From Ignavibacteriaceae bacterium (GTDB lineage Bacteria > Bacteroidota > Ignavibacteria > Ignavibacteriales > Ignavibacteriaceae): DNA of 64,000 bases. Under the pieces are notes generated by a model that saw only the letters and a program-made list of their open reading frames with translations, made no database searches and had not been told where the DNA came from. A program made the position numbers and the translations under genes. Of this stretch, positions 36,561 to 46,447 are shown one piece after another; positions within the stretch are counted from its first letter, which is position 1; each line of letters begins with the position of its first letter. The stretch lies in the NCBI GenBank assembly GCA_031292455.1, contig JARLHC010000056.1:49084-113083 (forward strand), in the 5' to 3' direction.

Positions 36561-38008
36561 TATTTCCTGACTATTTCTTTTAGCTTTTCCTTCTGTATTT
36601 TCCCAAGGGGACCCAAAGGGAATTCTTTTACGAAATAAAACTTTCTCGGAACTTTGTAAGAGGCTATTTCTTTCATTAAAAATTCTTTCAGTTCATACTC
36701 AGATATATTTGATCCAGGGTTAGTAATTATTGCGGCTGACACTATATGTCCCCATTCTTTATCCTCCAGCCCAAACACAGTAACATTCTGAATTCCTGGA
36801 TAACCTTTCAAAACAGTTTCAATTTCGATAGGATTTATATTTTCACCCCCCGAAATGATTAAATCATCTCTTCTTGAGTCAATAAATAAAAATCCTTCTT
36901 CATTTATAAATCCTGTATCTCCTGTATAATATATCCCTTTACAGAATTTTTCATTTGTCTCTTTTGGATTATTATAATATCCCTTAGCACATGAACCGCT
37001 CTTAACCGCAATTTCTCCTTTATAATTAGGGGGGAGCGGTTCTTTTCTGTCATCTACAATAAATACCCGGTTATTGGCTAAAGGTTTTCCACCTGAAGAT
37101 TTATAATTCTTCTCTTTGTTGCAGTCCAGGTAGGTGACTAAGGAAGAGGTTTCTGTTGAACCATATACTTTTATTACCGGCCATCCAGCTTTTATTGCCT
37201 GATCCAATAGGGGTACTTCTATATAACCACCTCCCAACAAAACACACTTAAGGGGAGCATTCGGTTTAATTCCCAGCTCTAATAATCTTTTTAACTGTGT
37301 TGATACAAGTGACAATAAAGTCGGCTTTCTTTTGATTATTTCATCTGCCAGATATTTAGTGTTTAATCCAGGAGGAATACTTAATGAGGCTCCTGATAAA
37401 AGCGACCTGATAATTATAGAAAATCCGCCGATATGGTAGAATGGCAATGTTGCAATCCAGATATCATTTATATCCTGGTTCAGGATTGTGTTACTATTAT
37501 CAAAGCTGGCTTTTAGATTTTGGAAGGATAACTCCACTCCTTTTGGCTTTCCCGATGTACCAGATGTAAAGAGAATTAATGCGGTATCATTTTTATCAAA
37601 TTCAGAATTATCTGTATTCGCAGAAAGTACAGTATCTTCAGGCGGAATGTGGATTATTTTATCTGAATCAAAATCTATATTTCTTTTTACACCACAGTCA
37701 ATGTATATAAAAGAAGGTTTTAGGAAGCTTAAGAGATGACCTATTTCAGAGTCATTTAACCTGATGTTGATTGGGACAGGTATGCTTCCTGTTTTCCATA
37801 ATGCAAATATTAGTATTATAAAATCAATATTATTTTCTGATATTACTGCAGCAATATCTCCTCTTTCCATTCCATATTCATTTTGCAGATAGTGTGAAAG
37901 GGAAGTGGACATCTCATTAATATCTGCAAAAGAAAATGTTTTATCACCGGTTAATATATATTCCTTTGTATTGAATAAACCGGCAGCAATTGAGAGCCAG
38001 TCACTCAT
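36557..38008 (-). CDS. menE: o-Succinylbenzoate--CoA ligase
   Basis: AMP-binding motifs LFTSGTSGKPKG and YGSTE, plus YYTGDTG. It lies within the men operon. Confidence 0.85.
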   Translation of the reverse strand: MSDWLSIAAGLFNTKEYILTGDKTFSFADINEMSTSLSHYLQNEYGMERGDIAAVISENNIDFIILIFALWKTGSIPVPINIRLNDSEIGHLLSFLKPSFIYIDCGVKRNIDFDSDKIIHIPPEDTVLSANTDNSEFDKNDTALILFTSGTSGKPKGVELSFQNLKASFDNSNTILNQDINDIWIATLPFYHIGGFSIIIRSLLSGASLSIPPGLNTKYLADEIIKRKPTLLSLVSTQLKRLLELGIKPNAPLKCVLLGGGYIEVPLLDQAIKAGWPVIKVYGSTETSSLVTYLDCNKEKNYKSSGGKPLANNRVFIVDDRKEPLPPNYKGEIAVKSGSCAKGYYNNPKETNEKFCKGIYYTGDTGFINEEGFLFIDSRRDDLIISGGENINPIEIETVLKGYPGIQNVTVFGLEDKEWGHIVSAAIITNPGSNISEYELKEFLMKEIASYKVPRKFYFVKEFPLGPLGKIQKEKLKEIVRKY

Positions 38009-38898
38009 AACAAAATACCTGCCGAAAATAGAAGGCCGAATATTGCTAAAAACTTTGCAGTTAGTTCAAGTGTTCTGTTAAGATCCTTTCCCTCATATGA
38101 ATACAACATTTTTGCAAGATTATAGGCCATTGGAATTGTGAAGTAAGGAAGGAAAACCCAATAGCTGAATTCAAAACCAATAAACAGAATCAGTGGAATT
38201 ATGAAGGATATAAAGAGGAGGAATATAAACTGGTACCTTGTAAATGATCTGCCGAATTTTACTGCAAGTGTATATTTATTTGCTGCTCTGTCTTCATCTA
38301 TATCCCGATAGTTATTAACAACAAGAATATTGGTAATTAAAGCTCCGACAGGAATCGAACAAAGAAATGGAAGATAGGTTAAAGAATGAGCCTGTACATA
38401 ATAAGTTCCTACCGTACCGACAATTCCAAAGAACATAAATACAAACAGATCACCTAATCCATTATATGCAAGCGGATAGGGACCGGCTGTATAAGCGATC
38501 CCTGCTAATATTGAAGCAATACCTATTAACAACACAAATATCCCTCCCGAATAAACCAGGTAAAGCCCCAATATAAAAGCTGATAAAAAAACTATTGCTA
38601 TTCCCGCTTTCATTTCCTTTACGGTAATGAGTCCATTTACCATAACACGAAGTGGGCCTTTCCTTTTTACATTATCTGCCCCTTTGAGATAATCATAAAG
38701 ATCATTCGTAAAATTCGTTCCGATTTGAATCAGGAGAGAACATAGCAAAGCTATAAATGCATTGAGAAGTATAAACTTATTATCGCTATATGCTGCTGTT
38801 GAACCAACTATTACGGGAACTACTGCAGCTGGCAGTGTTCTTGGTCTTGCAGCAATTATCCAGCTTTTAATCTTATTTATTTCAGTTACTTCATTCAT
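38005..38898 (-). CDS. menA: 1,4-dihydroxy-2-naphthoate polyprenyltransferase
   Basis: UbiA-family Asp-rich motifs NDLYDYLKGAD and YRDIDEDRAANK. The protein is polytopic. Confidence 0.9.
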   Translation of the reverse strand: MNEVTEINKIKSWIIAARPRTLPAAVVPVIVGSTAAYSDNKFILLNAFIALLCSLLIQIGTNFTNDLYDYLKGADNVKRKGPLRVMVNGLITVKEMKAGIAIVFLSAFILGLYLVYSGGIFVLLIGIASILAGIAYTAGPYPLAYNGLGDLFVFMFFGIVGTVGTYYVQAHSLTYLPFLCSIPVGALITNILVVNNYRDIDEDRAANKYTLAVKFGRSFTRYQFIFLLFISFIIPLILFIGFEFSYWVFLPYFTIPMAYNLAKMLYSYEGKDLNRTLELTAKFLAIFGLLFSAGILL

Positions 38899-39737
38899 TA
38901 AGGAAGCTTAGGAAATTTATTAAACTCAGGTTTTCTTTTTTCAAGATATGCTTTCTTTCCCTCCTGTGCTTCCTCACTCATATAATATAGTAATGTTGCA
39001 TTACCTGCCAGTTCCTGAATTCCTGCCTGCCCGTCGAGTTCCGCATTAAATGCTGATTTCAATAGTCTGATTGCCATAGGACTGTGCTGGAGTATCTGTT
39101 TAGCCCACTCAACTCCTTCCTTTTCAAGTTCCTCTACGGGCACAATTTTATTGACCATTCCCATGTCTAATGCTTCTTGTGCATTATACTGTTTGCAAAG
39201 ATACCATATCTCCCGAGCTTTTTTCTGACCGACAGAGCGGGCCAGAAAACTTGATCCGAATCCACCATCAAAGCTCCCCACTTTGGGTCCTGTTTGTCCG
39301 AATATTGCATTATCAGCTGCAATTGTGAGATCGCAAACTATGTGTAGAACATGCCCACCGCCGATAGCATATCCTGCAACAAGAGCAATAACAGGTTTTG
39401 GAATACTCCTTATGAGTTTCTGAAGGTCCAGCACATTTAATCTCGGCACACCATCGCTGCCAAGATATCCTTTTTCTCCTCTTATTCGCTGATCTCCGCC
39501 TGAGCAGAATGCGTACTTACCATCCTTTGCAGGACCATAACCTGTTAATAATATAACACCAATTGATTGATCCTCCCGGGCGTCTGAAAACGCTTCATGC
39601 ATCTCTATTATGGTTTCGGGGCGGAATGCGTTTCTGACTTCTGGACGGTTAATTGTTATTTTGGCAATACCATCCATCTTTTCATAAATAATATCCTTAT
39701 AAGCTTTAACTCTTAACCAATTAAATTTCATATTCAT
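38898..39737 (-). CDS. menB: 1,4-dihydroxy-2-naphthoyl-CoA synthase
   Basis: Crotonase fold with [26 protein letters not shown] and [10 protein letters not shown], all typical of MenB. Confidence 0.95.
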   Translation of the reverse strand: MNMKFNWLRVKAYKDIIYEKMDGIAKITINRPEVRNAFRPETIIEMHEAFSDAREDQSIGVILLTGYGPAKDGKYAFCSGGDQRIRGEKGYLGSDGVPRLNVLDLQKLIRSIPKPVIALVAGYAIGGGHVLHIVCDLTIAADNAIFGQTGPKVGSFDGGFGSSFLARSVGQKKAREIWYLCKQYNAQEALDMGMVNKIVPVEELEKEGVEWAKQILQHSPMAIRLLKSAFNAELDGQAGIQELAGNATLLYYMSEEAQEGKKAYLEKRKPEFNKFPKLP

Positions 39738-39795
39738 CCTGTTCCGTTTAATTACTAAAATAAATTTAATAAAAGAAGTGGAATTATGGACATTA

Positions 39796-40617
39796 TTAAA
39801 TTACGCGTAGGAATTTATTTACTGCTTCTATGAACTTATGGGGTTCTTCAAGATGTGTATTATGGCCAGCATTCTTAATAATCAGATGCTCTGCATTTGG
39901 GAAAAATTTAACCATACTATTGTTAATATCGGTGAATTTTGAATCAAGTTCACCCGTAATAAGCAATGTTTTTACAAATATATCTTTAACATAGTCATAT
40001 AAAGGTATCATTTTACCTGTGCCCGAATATCGAAGTGAATTGGCCAGACCTATAGTATTGTTTTCAAGTTTTTTCTCTCTAATTAGATTGCGTATTTTAT
40101 TTGAAAACCTTCTTTGTGTATTAAATAGTTCCAGATTCATCCAGTAATCTATAAATTTTTCGATGGGATTATTTTCAATAAAAGCGGCAAGTAATTCATC
40201 CTGATTGACTCTATCTTCTCTAAGTTGTTCATCACTGATTCCCCATGTACTGCTTTCAAGTATTAAGCCCTTAAGCATGGCTCCGTTTTTTAATGCAAAG
40301 TTAAGCGCTATTCTTCCTCCAAATGAATATCCGGTGAGGATTATTTTTTTATTACATAGACTGAGGATTATTTCCTGGAGTTGATTAACAATTGAATCGA
40401 TAGAATAGTTATAACCCTCTTTGGGTGAATCGCTTTTACCATGTCCTACTAAATCGACTAAATAATAATTGTATGATTTATTGAGTGAAGATACTATAGG
40501 TATCCAATCATTTGCACATCCGGTAAAACCATGAAGGAAAAATACCGAGTCACCAGAGGCTTCATTATTTATAATATTTTCAATATTCAACTGAATATCT
40601 AAATATTTTATAAACAT
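39796..40617 (-). CDS. menH: Alpha/beta hydrolase, probable SHCHC synthase
   Basis: FFLHGFTG and the nucleophile elbow GYSFGG. It sits between menD and menB. Confidence 0.75.
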   Translation of the reverse strand: MFIKYLDIQLNIENIINNEASGDSVFFLHGFTGCANDWIPIVSSLNKSYNYYLVDLVGHGKSDSPKEGYNYSIDSIVNQLQEIILSLCNKKIILTGYSFGGRIALNFALKNGAMLKGLILESSTWGISDEQLREDRVNQDELLAAFIENNPIEKFIDYWMNLELFNTQRRFSNKIRNLIREKKLENNTIGLANSLRYSGTGKMIPLYDYVKDIFVKTLLITGELDSKFTDINNSMVKFFPNAEHLIIKNAGHNTHLEEPHKFIEAVNKFLRVI

Positions 40618-40667
40618 TATTAACTGATTTCTTTTTAGTTGTTGTAAGTAGTAATTTAAGAAGAATA

Positions 40668-42539
40668 TTATTGTGATTGTCGTTTAATTAAACTGTTTAA
40701 CAGCTCATTGCTTTCCTGCCAGTATTGGTTTCTCAATTTCAGAGAACTAACTGAATCTGTATTTATTTCGATTACACATGCTTTCTTACCTGTACCCGTC
40801 TTACGCAGTATTTCTTTCAAATCCGGCCAGCTTGTTACCCTGGAGTAATTAACACCAAACGCTTTTGTAAGCTTTTCGAAATTCAGTTCATGAGGGGTAA
40901 TAAAATATTCCTGAAGGAAATCGGGATATCTGGAAACCGGCAAGGAATTAAATATTCCTCCACCATTATTATTAATAAGAATAACAATTAATGGAATAGA
41001 ATATTTTTTTGCAATCAGTAAGGCATTTATATCATAATAAAATGCAAGATCTCCTGTAATTAAGTAAACAAAATCTTTATTTTCAGATGCAATTCCAAAT
41101 GCAGTGGAGATTATTCCGTCAATTCCGCTCGCACCTCTATTATTATATATTTTTAATTTCTTTGGACTGCAGGATGCCCAATAATCAAAATCCCTTACCG
41201 GGAGGCTATTTGACAGCATTATAGACGAATTAGAGGGGACAGTATCAAGCAGTTCTTTTATAATTCTTATCTCATTAGGAAAGCCGGAATTAAAAAGCAT
41301 ATTCTTTTTGAGATGCTCTAATGACTTGTCCGCCTCAATATAAGTCGTTAACCAGCAATCTTCATTTTGAATATCCTGACTTATTGGATAATATTCTAAA
41401 ACACTTTTACAGAAAAGAGTTGGGGAGCATTTATATAATTTTCCAGAATGGTTTGCATCAAAAACGTCACCTTCTTCATTTATCATTATTTTCTCAGCTG
41501 AATATTTCCCATAGAAATCTTCCAGTCCCTTAGAAATATTAGTTCTTCCAAAATGCAATATTAACTCTGGCATGCAGTTCTCTATAAAAGTAGCAGACCT
41601 GAACATAGCCTCATAATTGCATACAATATTTTCTCCATTACCTTGTGTTCCGGTTATTCCGGAAGATTTATTTGCTTTTGTAGATGGCGTTTCCGTATCA
41701 GACCCTTTCAGTTCAGGGGAGTAGGTCGGACAAGATAGAAATCTTAGTTGAGAACATCCGTCTGCTATTATAGGGTATTTCGTTAGTTTACTGATTTTCA
41801 AAATATTAGTATGGAATTCATCACTAAGCATTTCCGGGCCTACAATTATCAATCCTCTTCGAATGTTTTTAAGTTTTTCTAAGATCTGTAAAAACCATTT
41901 CTCTTTGTCTAAACTTATTGCCGTGCTCTTTCTTCCGGGCTTATAAATAGTTTTTATTAGTAACGAATGTATTTGATGATTTACCTCATCAGTAAAGTTA
42001 TCGGGTTCAAAAGGTTTATTAAAAGGAAAGTTTATATGAACCGGGCCCTTGTTTTTATGAGTGCTGATTTCAATTGCTTTGATTGCTAATCTTTTCAAAG
42101 CAGTGATTTTATTCTCTGACATTAATGGGAGTCCGGCATCAGCAAAGAATCTGATATGATTTCTATACAGATTGTCCTGATTTATGGTCTGGTTTGTCCC
42201 AGTATTTCTCAGCTCAGGGGGTCTGTCAGCAGTGCAAATGAGAAGTGGAATTCTCTGATGGTATGCTTCGACTATTGCAGGGTAATATTCAACAGCTGCA
42301 GTTCCTGATGTACAAACCAGAGCAACGGGTGATCCTATGCTGTTTGCTAAACCCAAAGCAAAGAAGGCAGAGCTTCTCTCATCAATAATTACATACTTTC
42401 TAATATTCTTATTTTGTGCAAATGCCCATGTTAAAGGTGTATTTCGCGAACCGGAGGAGATACATACATATTTAACACCGCAGGCAGCGATTTCATTAAC
42501 GAAAGATTCGGCCCATGCAATATTTCTATTAATTTTCAT
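40668..42539 (-). CDS. menD: SEPHCHC synthase (ThDP-dependent)
   Basis: The N-terminus WAESFVNEIAACGVKYVCISSGSRNTPL and the ThDP motif GDLAFYYDINAL...NNNGGGIF are present. At 623 aa it is longer than usual. Confidence 0.9.
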   Translation of the reverse strand: MKINRNIAWAESFVNEIAACGVKYVCISSGSRNTPLTWAFAQNKNIRKYVIIDERSSAFFALGLANSIGSPVALVCTSGTAAVEYYPAIVEAYHQRIPLLICTADRPPELRNTGTNQTINQDNLYRNHIRFFADAGLPLMSENKITALKRLAIKAIEISTHKNKGPVHINFPFNKPFEPDNFTDEVNHQIHSLLIKTIYKPGRKSTAISLDKEKWFLQILEKLKNIRRGLIIVGPEMLSDEFHTNILKISKLTKYPIIADGCSQLRFLSCPTYSPELKGSDTETPSTKANKSSGITGTQGNGENIVCNYEAMFRSATFIENCMPELILHFGRTNISKGLEDFYGKYSAEKIMINEEGDVFDANHSGKLYKCSPTLFCKSVLEYYPISQDIQNEDCWLTTYIEADKSLEHLKKNMLFNSGFPNEIRIIKELLDTVPSNSSIMLSNSLPVRDFDYWASCSPKKLKIYNNRGASGIDGIISTAFGIASENKDFVYLITGDLAFYYDINALLIAKKYSIPLIVILINNNGGGIFNSLPVSRYPDFLQEYFITPHELNFEKLTKAFGVNYSRVTSWPDLKEILRKTGTGKKACVIEINTDSVSSLKLRNQYWQESNELLNSLIKRQSQ

Positions 42540-43920
42540 TATTGAACAGAGAAAGTATAGTATTCATTTTAATTTCAGTTTCCTCGTACTCAGATGCCGG
42601 ATCAGAACCTTTTACTATTCCGCATCCAGCGTAAATATAAAGGTTATTATCATTTAATAATGCGGATCTTATGGCGACAACAAGATCCATTTTTTCCGGA
42701 GAAATGGAACCTATTATCCCGCTAAACATACCCCTGTCAAATCCTTCATTTTCTTTAATATATTTTAATGCAGATCCTTTAGGCGATCCGCAGATTGCCG
42801 GAGTAGGGTAAATAGCATTTATCAGATTATATAAATGTTCACTGGATTTTAGCTCTGCCTTTATAGGAGTATAAATATGCTGGATATTCGAATATTTTTT
42901 TATTCTTGTATCGAATTGCCGCAGATTATAAACATAAGTTAAGGATGCTTCTCTTATGAAATCAATAACATAGTTATGTTCCTGGGTATTCTTATTATCC
43001 GATATCAGGTTATTGGCAATTGTATTATCCTCTTCTTCAGTTTCGCCTCTTTTAGCTGAACCGGCAAGGGCATCGAATTCCAGTTCATTTTGATTTAGCT
43101 TTAAGAGCTGTTCCGGAGTCGCACCGAAAAGAACTGAATTACCGGACTTATAAAGGAAAATAGTACAGTTATTATAATTAACCGTAAGTTCCTGCAGAAT
43201 ATTGCTGAATAGAGGATATTTTTTAATCCGGGTAACTATCCTTCTTGATAACACTACTTTTCTGAAAAACCCTTCTTCGATTTTCAGCAGTGCGTTTGAA
43301 ATCAGAGAGTACCATTTCTCCCTGTCATTATCATTAATCAGAAACTTTATTATAGCAGGATTATTTTGGCAAATAAATTCATTATTCTTTATTCTCTCTA
43401 AAGTAATCAGAAAATCAAGCTGATCTTGGGGTGGGTATTTAGCATCTATATAAAAATTAAGGATTAACCAATGATCCTCACCTTTTTTATAAAAAAGAAA
43501 TCGTGGAATAAACCAGCCATTATCTGCGAAATCTTTCCATTCTTCAGATTTACAGCCAGAGCTAAATTTAGTTCCTCCCAAAAACAAGGGAAATGTATCA
43601 TTAGAGGTAAAATCAAAGTTGCTTATCCGTTTTTTTGATAAATCTGATATTGTATTTTCCAATATGGAAAAATTGTTTTCCTCTGTAATATTTAAGAAAT
43701 AAGCTTCTTCAAATGCCAAAAGGATAAGTCTTTCTTCCGGCCTATTAAAATAAAAAACCTTTTTATCTTCCGTCAGGAGGGGGTCTATAATTGAAAGAAA
43801 ATCTGTCTCATCTAATTTATAAGCAAAACTCACAAGAGTTTCTTTGTTTATATCTACAGATTTTAAATTATTAAGAAACGACAATACAGCTTTTTTAAGA
43901 TCGGGAATAGGTAAGGTCAT
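42529..43920 (-). CDS. menF: Isochorismate synthase
   Basis: Chorismate-binding C-terminus: TPAICGSP, RGMFSGIIG, YAGCGIVKGSDPASEYEETE. It overlaps the menD start by 11 nt. Confidence 0.85.
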   Translation of the reverse strand: MTLPIPDLKKAVLSFLNNLKSVDINKETLVSFAYKLDETDFLSIIDPLLTEDKKVFYFNRPEERLILLAFEEAYFLNITEENNFSILENTISDLSKKRISNFDFTSNDTFPLFLGGTKFSSGCKSEEWKDFADNGWFIPRFLFYKKGEDHWLILNFYIDAKYPPQDQLDFLITLERIKNNEFICQNNPAIIKFLINDNDREKWYSLISNALLKIEEGFFRKVVLSRRIVTRIKKYPLFSNILQELTVNYNNCTIFLYKSGNSVLFGATPEQLLKLNQNELEFDALAGSAKRGETEEEDNTIANNLISDNKNTQEHNYVIDFIREASLTYVYNLRQFDTRIKKYSNIQHIYTPIKAELKSSEHLYNLINAIYPTPAICGSPKGSALKYIKENEGFDRGMFSGIIGSISPEKMDLVVAIRSALLNDNNLYIYAGCGIVKGSDPASEYEETEIKMNTILSLFNNEN

Positions 43921-43944
43921 TGTTAAGTTTAATAAAGGGTAAAA

Positions 43945-44901
43945 TTAAAAAATTATATCCTGTTCTATGGTGTCAAGTAACTTCAGATAGCTATCATATC
44001 TTTCCGGAAATATTTTTTCATCTTCAACTGCACGGATAACTTCACAATCAGGTTCATGATTATGTGTACACGTATTAAATCTGCACTTCTTAATATAAGG
44101 AAGAAAATCCTTGAAATAATGTCCCAGGTCCTCCTTTCTGATTCCATAAGGATCAATTTCTCTAATTCCGGGAGTATCGATTACAAATGTATTCTGATTA
44201 ATCCTGAACATAGTAGAGGTAACAGTAGAATGAGTTCCTTTTTCATTAAAAGTGCTGACTAACTTTGTTTTAAGATTCAATTGTGAATAGATTTTATTAA
44301 GCAGGGATGATTTACCAACACCAGACTGACCCCAAAGAACGTTTTTCTTTCCTGTAAAGAGTTTTTTTAATTTATCCAACCCTATATTATTCTTAGCGCT
44401 TGTTCTAATTACTTTATAGCCTATCGTTGAATAAAGCTTTTCCCATTCAGAAAGAAGATTTTCCTGGTCCAGGTCTTCTTTATTTATAATAATATAGCAG
44501 TTAAGATTTGCACTTTCACCTACCACAAGTAAACGGTCAACAACCTTATTATTAAATAAAGGTTCAAATATGCTTGTAATTATAAAGAAATTATCGACAT
44601 TGGAAGCAATTATCTGCTCAAGTCTTTCGCCTCTATAGCTAGAGCCTTTCATTTTGGGAGCTTTACGGGAGATATAATTTATTCTCTTTTCTATATTGTA
44701 AATGGAACCAGTTCCATCTTCATTCAGATCGTAGTCCACATAGTCCCCAACAGCAACAATATCAGTCAAATAAAGTTTGTCTTTCTTCATATTAAATTCT
44801 TTTTTAAATCTCCCCTTTAATGAACACCTGACAACATCATTTTCATCTTTTGTAAAAACGTAATAATCCTTACTTTCAATTCTACTGATTAAGCCTCTGA
44901 T
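43945..44901 (-). CDS. rsgA: Ribosome small-subunit-dependent GTPase A (circularly permuted GTPase)
   Basis: NKEDL (G4), GQSGVGKSSLLN (G1), DTPG (G3) and the zinc finger CRFNTCTHNHEPDC. The listed ORF starts at the ATG at 44790. The frame stays open upstream and encodes an OB-fold-like N-terminus (RGLISRIESKDYYVFTKDENDVVRCSLKGRFKKEFN). My 5' boundary is an ATC at 44901, 5 nt after a GGAGG, and is uncertain. Confidence 0.85.
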   Translation of the reverse strand: MRGLISRIESKDYYVFTKDENDVVRCSLKGRFKKEFNMKKDKLYLTDIVAVGDYVDYDLNEDGTGSIYNIEKRINYISRKAPKMKGSSYRGERLEQIIASNVDNFFIITSIFEPLFNNKVVDRLLVVGESANLNCYIIINKEDLDQENLLSEWEKLYSTIGYKVIRTSAKNNIGLDKLKKLFTGKKNVLWGQSGVGKSSLLNKIYSQLNLKTKLVSTFNEKGTHSTVTSTMFRINQNTFVIDTPGIREIDPYGIRKEDLGHYFKDFLPYIKKCRFNTCTHNHEPDCEVIRAVEDEKIFPERYDSYLKLLDTIEQDIIF

Positions 44902-44920
44902 TATAACCTCCGGTTTAAAT

Positions 44921-44949
44921 AAAAAAAGCGCCCTAAAAAAATAGGGCGC
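44921..44949 (-). terminator. Rho-independent terminator of the lipoprotein/barrel operon
   Basis: An 8-bp stem: GCGCCCTA (44928-44935) pairs with TAGGGCGC (44942-44949) around a 6-nt loop. On the minus strand T7 (44927-44921) follows, 32 nt after the barrel gene stop. Confidence 0.8.
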
Positions 44950-44980
44950 CTATCAGAATAAGTCAAATGGAGGAGGAAAT

Positions 44981-46447
44981 TCAAAATCTATATGTACCGC
45001 TTAGAATAAAATGATTTTCTTTTATATCCTGCGAAGTTCTGGATAGGTTTGTACTGTAATTATCGCCAATATCATTATACCAGCCATGAGCAAATGCAAG
45101 GTCGAGATCGATTGTCTCATCCGCAAGGAATCCGAGACCGGCTGTTACAAATTTCTTATCGAAGGAAGAGGGGTCTCCTTTGAATGCAGAAGGTTGAACA
45201 AAATATCCGGCTCTAACTCTTAAGCCAACTGCCGGAATAGTATATTCTGCTCCAAGATTATAATTAATTACCGAAGTAAGGTCGGTCTGAATTTCCTTAT
45301 TTAATCCAGCAATATAATCAGCGGTGATTCCGTCAGGGTTTTGAAATTTAAGCTGTGAATAATCAATAATGGTTCCCTGCGCGCTCAATATTAATCCTCT
45401 AATATTGAATGAAAAGCCAGCGCCGATTTCAAATGGAGTTATAATATCGTATTGAACATTGTCGCTGAAATCTGAAGAAACGAGGGGATATGAATAGTTC
45501 TGGAATTGACCATATCCATTAACAGTGAAACTTTCCTTTACAGTATAGGTTCTGGGAAACTGGACAGTTAAACCAAAACGGGAAAGCCTGTTAAATTGAT
45601 AAAGGATACCAAACTTTGCATCCCAACCTGAAAGATCCCAATGAGTCAATCTGTTAAGGTAAAAAGTTTTGAAATTCAGAGTATTGGGGTCATTTGGATC
45701 TGTCTGTTGTCCCTGGTAAATATTATTGATATCATCTTCATAATAATCATTATTGGAATCATAAGTTCCAGAAATAATATTCAGATTTAATCCAACAAAC
45801 AAATTCCGATAGACTTCTATAGCACCGGATAATGTCCAGTTATTTATACCTCCTGAATTAAGGATAGTCCCACTCTGATTCAGATTGCCATTTAGTATAG
45901 TAGGTGTATAATTGATTATATTGCCCTGTGCGTCCTTAATGGCAGAATTGAGACCAAGTTCATAAGTCAGGTCAGAGGGCAGATATTGAATAAAGGATGA
46001 GTTCTTGTTATAACCGTTAAAACTAAGAGCACCGTTAAAATCCTTTGTATTTTGATAGGATAAGCCAAATACAAGGCTTCCGCGCATTGTGGGAAATGGG
46101 AATGCAAAGCTGACGCGATTTAATGTTGTAGAACTGGCTGTATTATTAGAACTCTGGCCAATCAGAGTTCCATTAGAACTCAAAGTTGCGTCGTTACTAA
46201 AATTTGAATAATTCAAACCGCCTGAAAATTCCATTCTTTTTAATAAGCCAAAACCGGCAGGATTGAAATATCCGGCGGTAGCATCATCACTTAAGCTTAT
46301 GTAGCTATTTCCCATGCCTAAAGCTCTTGCCGAAGACCCTATTCCTGGATATCCAAGTCTTAAGGCATCAGTTATTGTTTGAGTATATACAGTCGTTGTT
46401 AGAATTATTAATAAAATCAGTAGTTTTGTACAACTTCCGGTATTCAT
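44981..46447 (-). CDS. Outer-membrane beta-barrel protein, FadL/TodX/PorV-like
   Basis: It has a signal peptide. SARALGMGNSYISLSDDATAGYFNPAGFG resembles the N-terminal hatch motif of FadL/PorV-type barrels. Alternating beta-strand patterns follow, and the C-terminus ends in ...LSGTYRF (aromatic). Confidence 0.6.
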   Translation of the reverse strand: MNTGSCTKLLILLIILTTTVYTQTITDALRLGYPGIGSSARALGMGNSYISLSDDATAGYFNPAGFGLLKRMEFSGGLNYSNFSNDATLSSNGTLIGQSSNNTASSTTLNRVSFAFPFPTMRGSLVFGLSYQNTKDFNGALSFNGYNKNSSFIQYLPSDLTYELGLNSAIKDAQGNIINYTPTILNGNLNQSGTILNSGGINNWTLSGAIEVYRNLFVGLNLNIISGTYDSNNDYYEDDINNIYQGQQTDPNDPNTLNFKTFYLNRLTHWDLSGWDAKFGILYQFNRLSRFGLTVQFPRTYTVKESFTVNGYGQFQNYSYPLVSSDFSDNVQYDIITPFEIGAGFSFNIRGLILSAQGTIIDYSQLKFQNPDGITADYIAGLNKEIQTDLTSVINYNLGAEYTIPAVGLRVRAGYFVQPSAFKGDPSSFDKKFVTAGLGFLADETIDLDLAFAHGWYNDIGDNYSTNLSRTSQDIKENHFILSGTYRF

